From Paramecium tetraurelia (Eukaryota): a DNA stretch of 64,000 nt. Positions within the stretch are counted from its first letter, which is position 1. The number at the start of each line of letters is the position of its first letter. The notes beneath the pieces were generated by a model. That model made no database searches and was not told the origin of the DNA. It was given only the letters and a program-made list of their open reading frames with translations. The translations under genes and the position numbers were made by a program. Positions 53,524-64,000 of the stretch are shown here, in pieces. The stretch spans positions 1-64,000 of the forward strand of contig CT868017.1 in the NCBI GenBank assembly GCA_000165425.1, in the 5' to 3' direction.

Positions 53524-55759
53524 ATGATCAGATAAAGGTCAGTTAGTCAGAATTCAAAAACCTTAGAGTATGAATAGGTGAGAGACATCAAAACATCTTA
53601 GTTCCATAGAAAGATAGTGGTAATGGGATTTCCTATAATTGTAGCCTTTGCATCAAGAAAATAGCATGCTTAAAGATAGACTGCACAAAATGAAATTCCA
53701 AGTGGAGGACAACTTGCAATTGGTGATAGATGAGTTGGACAAGGATCTGCAATTGAAGGCCAAACTCATAGATTTCCAATAGTTGTTCGGATTGATCAAG
53801 GCCCAAATAAGCAAGGATCATGAGAAGATCGATTCATTACAAGAACAAATAGAAAGACTGCAATTTAACTTGAATCAGAGTGCTCAACAGAGAGAAGACG
53901 AGAGTTAAATGTACCAGCAATCCCAAGCCAACTTAAATGAATAGTTATAAAAGGAAAAGTAACAATTTCGTAGTGAGAGACTCTCGTTGGACGAGCAAAT
54001 CAAAGTGCTTGCCTATTAGAACTACGAGAAAGAGTAGGAATTGGAGTAGATGAAGAAATAACTGCAATGGGAGTTAGATTAGAACCAGGAACTCATTTAA
54101 AAAGTAGAGAGGACAAAGAAGTTTGATTAAGAACTAAAGGACAAATAGGTATAGTATGAGACTACTATCTCTAAACTGAATTCATAGATTGAGACAGACA
54201 ATCAGGTGTTCAAGAATGAGTTGGAATTACAGTAGTAGAAGTTGGAATCCAAATACAGACAGATGATATAGGAAAACAAGTCATTGACATAGTAGGTGTC
54301 AGAGATGAAATAAAATATTCATCAATTGAAATAATAGAAGGAATCCATGGAAAGAACACTCGAATCTAATAATCAGAAAATGAAAGACATGAAAGCTGGA
54401 GTTATCTCAGATAAATAACAGATGTCCAAAAACGAGAAAACTATTGAGGAACTATAAACAGAATTGACATTCTTTAAAAATAAGGTATCCTTAGATGAGA
54501 AGAGAGAGATCAAATTAAAGTAGTAATTGACCCAATAAGAGGACTAAATTCAAGAATTATTGTAAGTCAAGAACCAGTATAATAATTTAAGAAAAGTATT
54601 GTAATAAGAGCATCTAGTTGAAATTGAAAAAATCAACATTCAACATAATTAATAACTGAAAAGTTTGAATGAATAAATGTAAATATAAAGGGTTAAATAT
54701 GAGAAATTACTTGGTAAACAGGTGGATATCAAAGAAATTGCTCAGTATTAACAAAAGGATTTCTCTTAATAATATGAGGATCCAGTTCATGTTTAGTATG
54801 TTGAAAATTTAGAATTAAAGATCGAAAATCAGACTTAACAAATTACACAATTGGAATAAAATATCAAATCTAATAATGAAGAGTACATTAAAGAAAAATA
54901 ACAGATGTACAATTAATTCGCTCAAGAAAAACAAGTTCTTATAACTTAACAGAAGCAGGATTTATAAAGACAATTGGCAGAATTTGAAGAGTTTAAAAAT
55001 AAATTATAAAGTGATTACAATTATAGGACCTAACTGTTAAGTCAACAATTCTCCTTTTAATTAGATTAATAGAAATAGGAATAGAAGCAATTGCAATAGA
55101 TCATAGATTAATCTAAATTAAGTGGAGATGAGAAGACTAAATTGTTAGAGATAGCCTCGGAGGAGATTATGAATTTGAGAAAGAAATACGATCACGATAT
55201 CTATGAGGAAAGGAATACTTAAAGACAAATGAAACATGAATTCGATAATGCTATCTCATAGAATAATTCAGATCATCAGAAACAAATTGATATTCTAAAA
55301 AGAGAAATTGAGAATCTAAAACTCTCATTATCTGACTTCCAAGAGAGAGATCAGGTCAACAAGTAGAAGATATCTGACTTATTGAATGAGCAAAAATAAG
55401 ATCGTTCGAGTATCAATCAATTAGAGTTCTAATTGAATAAAAGATAGATTGAGATCTAGAAACTAAATGAAACCATCAGAGGACTCAATGCTCGTATATC
55501 CACGTTGTTGTTGGAAGTAGAAAATACAAAAAAGACCTATAATATATTTGCTCCTTCTTCTTCAAACTCATCCCACTATAATTTGAAAAAGCTAGAATTA
55601 GAAATACCAGGAGATCTGAGTCAATAACAAAGACATTCCTCTTCTGAATTGAAATTTAAACCTGAACTTTTGGTGCAGGACTTTGGAAAAAAGTCTAATA
55701 GGAATAGATCCTAATAAGGTTCTAGATAATACCAAATAAGGCAGATGCCCCCAGTATGA
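53524..55759 (+). CDS. Long coiled-coil protein, function unknown
   Basis: E/Q/K-rich heptads over ~2 kb in code 6; one 25-nt intron near the 5' end; stop TGA at 55757-55759. Confidence 0.78.
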
Positions 55760-55794
55760 AAAAATCATGATTATATAGACATATAAATATTATA

Positions 55795-57022
55795 TCATTG
55801 TTATAGTAATTCATAAATAAAATACAGAAGATAAATGCTCAGCAACATCACTCCCAATTTGTATGTCAATCTCAGTTTCTGTTATAACATCAAGAAGAAC
55901 GAAGTGAGCACCACCGTCATGATGGCCAACATCGATTATGATATAGTTTCATCATAAAATGTGATATTCCTTTGCCAAATCAACATAGTCAAAACCCAAG
56001 GAAATCCTAAGCAGATTTATAAATTCATTATTTGACTGCCTATGATACTCGAAGTAGCCAACTCAGTTTTTTTATTCTTGGCAGCTAGTGAAGCATTTAA
56101 AATATCTATGATAAAGTATCAAATGTACCTTAGATATTTCCTCCCCAACTTGCTATTGTTAGTCCAACAAAGGCAGGACTCACTGAGAACTGCTCAACAA
56201 ATTCATCAACAACAGTCATCGTAACATTGACAGTAAGAAAACAATAGAATGAAATTATAATAAACGCTAATTCTGGATGCTTTGGAATTGTAAACTTGAA
56301 TAACAATGTAAAGGGCAATAATATTTTGGATGGCTATTATTCTTCTTATACTTGTTCCTACTGATTCTCTTGTCCGATTTCCTTGCCATCCACATCCAAA
56401 TCTTCGGCTTGTTCAGGATGAAAATCGAGGAATTGCAATAGAGTTGGGAAGTGATGCTTTTGGTGTGAGAGTTAGAAATCGTCCTTCTATTCCATTTGAA
56501 CTAAGGAGTATAGCAAGTAGGATGGGTAGAAGAGTGTTAGAATCAAGGCTTCTGTGAGAGAGATCTATTGATATTCATTACATTGTTACTTCGTAATCCC
56601 AAAAGACGAACGTCAAAAATAACAGTGTGAGCAAGTATACATATATGTCTCTCATCAATGCCTTTAGATTCATCCTCAAAGCTCTCTTGTGATAATAGTT
56701 TGAGAACAGTGACATCAAACCAAAACAAACAGTAAAGTCTTGTTGATACTAAACTAAATACCGAAAACTCCGCTTCCCACTATTGCTCCAAATCCATATC
56801 CTATTCTAGACGACTTGAAACAGGACAATATATTAGTTGTCAATTCTGGTATTGACATCCCCAAAGCCATCAAAATGCCCGTTCCTGTCTCACTTAGATG
56901 CCATTTCGTAGATAAAGACTCGAGACAAGCTAGGTTATTAAAGTAGTACGCATCAAGTAATCATTACTCAAGTATGTCTGTCCTGAAAGCACGTAAAAGA
57001 ATAAAGCACTCAATATTATCAT
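55795..57022 (-). CDS. Na+/Ca2+(-K+) exchanger, CaCA/NCKX family
   Basis: alpha-1 repeat GILMALGMSIPELTTN..GAIVGSGVF; alpha-2 repeat VGLTIASWGGN..SSIIGSQIMNLQICLGFPW. Confidence 0.88.
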
Positions 57023-57034
57023 TAAAATTTAATT

Positions 57035-57398
57035 ATGGGTCCTCCACCTAATTATATTATCACTAGGAAGTTGATTCGTCATTTCTTTAGAAAATACCTA
57101 CCATAATAACCTATCACTAAAGGTAACGAAGGAGAAGACTTGGCCTAAGCAGTGGTATTTGAACTTTCATTTTTAGTCAAAATATGGTATTGATCATCCT
57201 TAAACAAAAATCGCCTTGGATCGTTTTGATAGCTCAGAAGCAGAGTCTCTAAAATACAGAAAAAAGTTGGAAGCCATGAAAATTCAATAAAAAGTTATGA
57301 GCACTTTAAAGACACCCTTTTATCATTATCATGAAAAGGGAAGATTTAGAAATGATCTATTTCCTAAGGAATGGACCATTTTCCATGGTGTCAAATGA
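57035..57398 (+). CDS. Small basic protein resembling mitoribosomal mS37 (Mrp10/CHCHD1), 113 aa
   Basis: MGPPPNYIITRKLIRHFFRKYLPQQPITKGNEGEDLAQAVSKYGIDHPQTKIALDRFDSS...; one 22-nt intron; by-eye alignment to yeast Mrp10 (PPxY, LxQxxSxYG, P). Confidence 0.65.
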
Positions 57399-58263
57399 GA
57401 TTGATATATTACAACAATTAGCATATCACATCAAGTATTTTAGCTCATTATAATATTTTTGACTATTAACTGTAGTTTATAAAGTAAATACATGCCAAAA
57501 TTCATATAAATGATTCATAAAAATTAGATAACCATTCATGTTTTCCATCTCCGGTATGAACATTCTATTTTATACTATTATTCAGATTCCCTATGAATAT
57601 TACTTCCTCATATTATTTAATTCACTCTAACTAGATATATTGTAATCATATTATAATTTATGCTAATTTTATTATAATCACAATATTATCATCCTATTTA
57701 GATATATCAATAGGTAAGCCTTTTTTTGGATATAATCCCTTACTTTTACTACCATAAAATATTTTAAATTGACATCAAAATAATTATTATAATTTCTTAT
57801 ATTTTTAAATTTATTGAAGAATATTTTGATTACTCTTTCTATGTTCTATCTTCATTCTAAAGTTCTTCGATATTTAATTTTTTTATTTTTTCTTAAATTA
57901 AAAAGTTCAATTCATTTTAATGAACTAGGGTTGTTAACATGCGTAGTTGGTGTCAATATCCTTTTGTAAATTCAATAACTCTAACCAAGAAGGGTTGAAA
58001 TATATTCAAGTTTACATCTAATAAACTATTAATTTCTTTTTTTTATGATATATATAATTCTTTTTTTTGATAGAATTATATTCTTTTGCTAAAAACAGAA
58101 TCTATTTTAAAACCTTTTGTAGTAAATTTCTCTAATTATAAATCATTATATTATGTTTCAAGTATTTATTTGAAAGCCTTACAATTTTGAATCATTTCAC
58201 ATCAATTTATTTGTATACTTTGATATTTTTGAATATGAAAATAATCTAATTATGTAATAATCA

Positions 58264-59146
58264 TCATCTTTAGCAATGTAGTGGCAATACTACTTAATCA
58301 TTGGGTAGCTAAGTTAAGAATAACACTTTTCTACAGTTGAAGCAATATTTATATTTTTACCCAAGCCTCATTTCAAAATGATCTATTTCGTAAGTACATG
58401 CAGAATTCTTATGATATTATTTTTTACATTTTAAACACCATATTATTTAGCAATTCGAGCAATCAAATATATCCTAACCATAATATAAAAAAGTATTTGA
58501 ACAACCTAACATTGGGCAACAAGATTTAAGTTATTGTGGTAATTTATCAAAGATTGATTTAAGGTATTCAATTTCTAATTGTTCTTAACAAACTGGGCAG
58601 TGATTACCTTAGACAAAAGAGGATATAGTTAAACATAAAAAATGAAATTGATGTTTGCATCTCGAGAGTATTGCTGTTTGATCATTTGATTTTTAATCAA
58701 TAACAAAGTTACACAATTAACACATTTTTGAGTTTTAAAGATTCTATACTCTTTGTGGAGAAACCAAAATTTAATTGTTGAGTTGTTACGAATTGTCTTG
58801 CACCTTCTTTTATGAAGGCGTTGTCTAACATTGTTTTAATTTGGCTGGTTTGCAGAATAATACAAAATTCTTTATAAAGATCAATCATTACATTATCAAC
58901 TAGAAAATTGTTATACTTATCTTCTTTGTAAAAGGGGGTTACCAAAGACTTGTCAATTTATTCGTTTACTTTTAATATCGATTTTATAGCTGATTTTAAG
59001 TCTGCGAAGGTGTGCAATTGTCTAATATATATGAATAATTTATACTTTCGTCCCCAAGCTATGCCAATAATAAAAGCATCCTTTATAAGTTCTTTTCCCT
59101 AGGAACCTGTTTCAATAATTTCTTCTATCAAATCAGAGATCATCAT
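58264..59146 (-). CDS. RING + IBR-like zinc-finger protein (RBR-related)
   Basis: CQLC..RCKHQFHFLC..HCPVC; CCPMLGC..FDCSNCQIIWCLKCKKQYHKNSAC; truncated YCFNC; two short introns. Confidence 0.75.
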
Positions 59147-59581
59147 TTCGCAATATTATAAAAAGATTATTAATAAATTTTAGCAATTAATTGAATTATT
59201 AACAAGAATATTAAGTCATACGTTTGCATTCTAAACGTAAACTTTAATTTTCTGATTCTGAGCATTAAAAAGGATATTCCCTTTGTTCATCTTTTGATAA
59301 TTCACATTGGATTTTAGGTTTAAGTAAATAAGATCAAAATATATTTAGGAGTTAATTGATATCGAAATAAGTGATATTAATAAATGATCAATCCATTTAT
59401 AGATTTAAGGTTAATCATTTTTAATATAGTTAATTTAAATTAAACCTTTTAAAATATATTAAATTTTATAAAAATATAATAGAATTCAATAGTTTGCTTA
59501 TTTTTAATTTATATTACTATATATATCTTATTGTTATTCCTACATATATTTATGAAAATTAGAAATATTTATATCAATACA

Positions 59582-59655
59582 GGTTTCGTAGCTCAGTTGG
59601 TTAGAGCGTCAGTCTAATAAGCTGACGGTCGAGGGTTCGATCCCCTCCGAAACCA
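59582..59655 (+). tRNA. tRNA-Ile(AAT)
   Basis: Cloverleaf: acceptor GGTTTCG/CGAAACC, D arm GCTC/GAGC, anticodon arm TCAGT-CTAATAA-GCTGA, T arm GAGGG-TTCGATC-CCCTC, discriminator A. Confidence 0.97.
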
Positions 59656-59662
59656 TTTTTTT
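59656..59662 (+). terminator. RNA polymerase III T-run terminator
   Basis: T7 immediately after the tRNA 3' end. Confidence 0.8.
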
Positions 59663-60274
59663 GATTAATTTTACTTATAATATAAATCATGAATAAATTT
59701 ATATTGTTAATCCTATTTGTTGTTTAAGTTATTATAAATCCTAATCGCCTTCTAAACACAATATCTTCCTCCTTACCTGTGGTGTTTAAATTTATTCAGT
59801 TAATTCTCATTTAATATATTCTTGAATTAAATACTATATGGACGACCATTTGTGATTTGTATAAGTTTAATACTGACTAAAGGTATTTGAGTTGCCTTTA
59901 ATAAATTAGCTTTAGTAAATGTATTTATATTTTCTGAATTATTTCAATTAGTAATTTTCTTATTTTGAAAATAAGGACATCTGGAGGAATTATATTCTAA
60001 TACTCCATTTAATTCTTATAGTATGATATAATATACTAGAGATTAATTAATGAATCTTTTAAGTATCTTAGTACGTAATACAAAATTTTTGAGTAAATAC
60101 TACATAAAAGTCTTAAATGGCATTCTGTAATAGAATATATAAAATATAAACTAAAGATAATAGAGAGTTAATTGAGGATAGAATATTTCTGGAGATTAGC
60201 ATTCATTTTACTAAAATATAGATATACAATTGCATTGATCCTGCGAATAAAATGGCTATATTTAATGTATTATT

Positions 60275-61875
60275 TCATTAATTATTATATATAAGTTTAT
60301 CACTTGATTTATATTATTTCTTTATTATTAAATTTTCACCCAAATCAATAACGTCTGGTCTACTTTGTTTTTTTGACGGGCTAATAGAAGCCAAGCTCTG
60401 GGTTTTTTGGAAAGTCTTTCTAAATCTTGAATCATTGTTTCTCTTTAGTGCTTAAATCAGCATTTCATTATGGAGAGGAAATCCTTTGGTGTTTTTGCTG
60501 ATAGATTCATCAGTCTTATTAGCTGAAACATTCAAGGCTTATTTTAGCTTTTATTGCATAGGTTTGAGAGTGTTTCTGACATAGTGAGTGATCCTTCTTT
60601 TCCTCTCATCATTGGCTAATCTAGGAGAAAAGCTTATTTGAATAATTACTAAGTTTATTGGCTAGCAATATTATAGATGTTGACAAAGAGTTGATAATAT
60701 GAGGGTTTTCCTTTATATTCACTAGTTGATTAGTGGACCTTCCTTGGAGGCGGTCTCATGAGATAATGAAATTTGTTCTGCTTGCATACTTCCTCAATTG
60801 ATTATCTTCTATGGATGTGTTGATTGAGTTTTGTGAGTTCAAACTTGATTGAGGTCTTATCCATCTGATGGAAATTGAATTTGGCTTCGATGGTTTATTC
60901 TAAGTTTTCTCTGATCAATTGGAAGACGTAGTTTTGAAACAATTAGGCATCGCAAATGAGAACTTCACCTTTTTCTGATTAGCATATCAACGAGAATGGT
61001 CTGGAGTCGATATTGTTGAGGATTTCGTATTCTCCAATGATCTCTCCTTCAGAGATGATGCCAATAGTTTGAACTTCCTGTTCATTTGTTCGCTTGACGA
61101 GGGAATACTAGCCTCTGAGTATGAAAAACACGCAATGTGCTGGATCTCCTTGATTGCATACTTTATCCTTATAACAATGGGACTGTTAGTAAGAATTGAT
61201 GTAGAATTTCCTTAGTGTAATTGAATAATACTTTCAATTCCTTGTATTATATTTCCTTAAATAAGCAGAAATCATACAATCTACTAATTTCAGAGTTCAT
61301 TTTCCGTTATTCTTGTTAGTGAAGGTAGGCATGAAAATATTGATAGTTGAGAGTGGCAACGAATGTTTATTTCTTAGCTTTGATTATCAGACCATACCTA
61401 ATTAGAGATGGTGATTACTATTCAAAGATATCTTCCTTTGCCATACAGAATAGTTGATGTCCAAAGTGTTGATACATTTTAATCGATTAAACCTCCACAA
61501 ACTCTACGTCCTTGAAGTTTTCTGGCAGCAAACCAACGGACAAATAGATTCCTAGTTCTCCTTACAAGATGACATAGAACTTCTTTTAATCCTCAGCAAT
61601 CTAGTCAAACCTCTTGTATATCAATTGATTTGGATGAAGTACTTCATATCTCATTTTCTAGTGTTAAAAGTGCAAAAATTACACTGCAACAATTTCTAAT
61701 GATTTCATCATTGTATCCCTGAAAACATTGGAACTATCTAAAATATTTAGACATGTAAAACACTTCTACGGGAGTTCTCTCATTTCTGTGTTTCTGCAAT
61801 GCTATGATGGCTAACTGAGACTCTAGAAATATTGGTCATTACTTCATCATAATAATTATCTGGAATTTATTGCAT
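60275..61875 (-). CDS. Cyclic-nucleotide-binding domain protein
   Basis: LAIIALQKHRNERTP; KFYVILQGELGI; CNQGDPAHCVFFILRGQY..GEIIGEYE..RPFSLIC; 5' splice model tentative. Confidence 0.8.
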
Positions 61876-61908
61876 GATTAAATAAATTAATACAAAAATA
61901 TAAAATAG

Positions 61909-63225
61909 TCACAAAAGTTATGGTAGCTTTAAAGGCCGATTAGAGAAAAGAGCACTATCATTTGACGGCAAATCATTGGATGCCAAAGTGGTTTGATGAG
62001 GAGTTCGATCAAGTTGGTGGTACTTCAGAGAGGTCGAATCAAAGGATTACTCGTACTTATTGACTCTGATCTGTCTTCTCAGGAACTGTTGAGTAGGCAC
62101 TGACTTTTGTTATTTCAATTGAAATCGCATTCTCGGCACTTCCTCGTCGACTTACTCCAAACTCAAGAGACTGACTTACGATTTGTTGTGATAATCCTTG
62201 CTTCTCTGTGTGATCACCACTTGAGCTTATTGTTTACCATGATTTTGGGCTTTAACTAAGAGTTTCTGCAAATCACTCTCCTTTTATGAGAATTCTTCAT
62301 CAGAGACATCACTCTCATCTAAGATTTACTTGATGCTATTGTATGATTTGATTTCTATTTAAGTTTACAATCTAACTACTTTAGTTAATTGTCTGATGTT
62401 ATCCACATCCCTCATTGACATATTCCTGAATAATTGAGGCTACAATCCAGGCACTGTACTCAATGACATGTTATATCTCGGTTGCTATAATTTGATTTCC
62501 AATTGTTTAAGGGAGGAATTCGATTTCAATTTGGCATTCATCAATTTATATTGAGCCTTTATGTACAAGTCATAGGCGTCATCAACTACGGTCTTCTTCT
62601 CTTTTGTGATTATCAGATTACGAAAAGCCTCGTACTTCTTTTCCGAGTCCATTATGGTTTTATCACATAATATGTTGATGTATTATTCCCTCCTTATCAT
62701 GTATGACAGGAAAGTCAGCATGGCTCCAACACTCAATGGGACGTACTTATTTTCAATTGCATTCAATTGCAGTGTATTTTACATCTTAGTCATCATATTT
62801 CTAAATGCTTTCAAAGCAGACGGATTTTCAGTAAATGCTTTAAACTCCTAGTAATTTAGAGCCCAATCTCTGTCCTAATCAATGTAGGAGTAAATCACTT
62901 TGAGATCATTCTTACTGACTTCGAAACCAAAATGCTTAAACATGAGGAACATTTCAGCAATATCCAAAGTCTTCGAATCATTGTAGTCAAATACCTATAT
63001 AATCATTACACAACTCTTTACATTAAATATTTGTTTCAATTCCATCTGAATTCTTCGCTCCTCTGGGTAAAACAGATATTGTGGTTTCACCTTATCAGAA
63101 TACCTGCTCTTAAACCATTGATTCTAAGGTAGATTATGAAATTTATTTCTCTTATTCAACTTTCTCATCTCCTCGTCATCAAGCTTAGCAATGTCAGGAA
63201 CTTAATTCCAATCAACTTTATACAT
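61909..63225 (-). CDS. EF-hand pair protein with low-complexity C-terminus
   Basis: FDYNDSKTLDIAEM and IDQDRDWALNYQEF; ends LKLPQLL-TGA. Confidence 0.8.
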
Positions 63226-63456
63226 AAAATAATAATCTTAAAATTTACATGCATTATCCAATCAAATAATTAAATCCAGAAATTATATTGAAAGTGTTCA
63301 AGTACGTATTTTCATACAAATTTTGAATTACCAAGGTTACCTCTTAAATTCATGATGATATAATGAATTAAGAACATGTATTTTTAATAGTAAATGAAAT
63401 AGAGTAATTGCAATAAATTCTAGTTAAATTATAATATTGTATGTGCATTTCAAATA

Positions 63457-64000
63457 TCAATTGTGGAAATTCCAAACCATAAAACCGGTGGTTCCCATAA
63501 ATGCTGCCCATCCCCAGAGTTCATAAAAACCTCTAAATCCATCATGATATTAGCGAATCACTTATCTGAAAATTGAAAAAGTGATTACCTATGTGTGCCA
63601 TTGCAAAAAGGAGCATTGGCACTCTATTTGCAATTACACAATTTATAATATCCTGATGTATCAACATTAAATTTAATTGGTCTATTTCTCGTGACAGAGG
63701 CATTGCACATTCCATCACACCATGGATTTGATTAAGAGATACCGCATGAACACCATTAGTAGATCTGAGATAATGCATCACACAATCAATACCTTTCCCT
63801 TTTGGAGATAACAATTGTAGGGATAGAAACCAGCAACATACGGGACTGAAGCGGGTCTATACTTACCTTCTGGATATGGAATGGACTCTGGGAGCAGGAC
63901 AAATTTCTATTCAGGGAAATCAGTAATATCATCCGGTTTTCTTTCCTTCCTGGCTGTTATTATGAAAATTAGGAGAAATTCTTACGTGGTGGAGGAGTGA
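63457..64000 (-). CDS. Double-CDGSH [2Fe-2S] protein with C-terminal TM helix (CISD3-like; probable complex IV-associated subunit); 5' end outside window
   Basis: WCSCGISQSNPWCDGMC and LCNCKQSANAPFCNGTH; C-terminal GFYELWGWAAFMGTTGFMVWNFHN; two short introns. Confidence 0.88.

Noticed and set aside
59700..60240. Possible small minus-strand gene after the tRNA
   Set aside because: No motif or convincing start; open frames arise easily with a single stop codon
4713..63814. Many short ORFs in the supplied track
   Set aside because: Computed with standard stops; they are fragments, alternative frames or antisense shadows of larger code-6 genes
1..64000. CRISPR arrays, rRNA, intact transposases or retained IESs
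   Set aside because: No repeat-spacer array, rRNA-like segment or DDE/RT motifs seen; short gene interruptions have GT...AG intron ends rather than TA-bounded IES ends

Overview
AT-rich ciliate macronuclear DNA, most likely Paramecium (aurelia group). TAA/TAG read as Gln, TGA is the only stop, and introns are 20-28 nt GT...AG, so the supplied standard-code ORF track fragments or misses most genes; I re-translated them by hand with code 6. The window has two zones. 1-29 kb is gene-poor and subtelomere-like: a 7.6-kb Cys-periodic surface (immobilization) antigen gene with several +1 frameshifts, two WD40 family genes, a DUF4215-repeat multi-TM receptor-like gene and decayed ORFs. 29.5-64 kb is extremely compact, with 24 protein genes (kinesin-2, YTH m6A reader, DHHC palmitoyltransferase, MFS transporter, Cdt1, GSK3, three PP2C, MAP2K, SAM-FHA-FHA-RING, two cNMP-binding proteins, enkurin, several RING proteins, NCKX exchanger, mS37-like, EF-hand, CDGSH Fe-S protein) plus tRNA-Ile(AAT). 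The most interesting candidate is a protein fusing GTSF1/Asterix-like tandem zinc fingers to a C-terminal RING (51851-53501). All family assignments come from motif recognition by eye; no searches were run.
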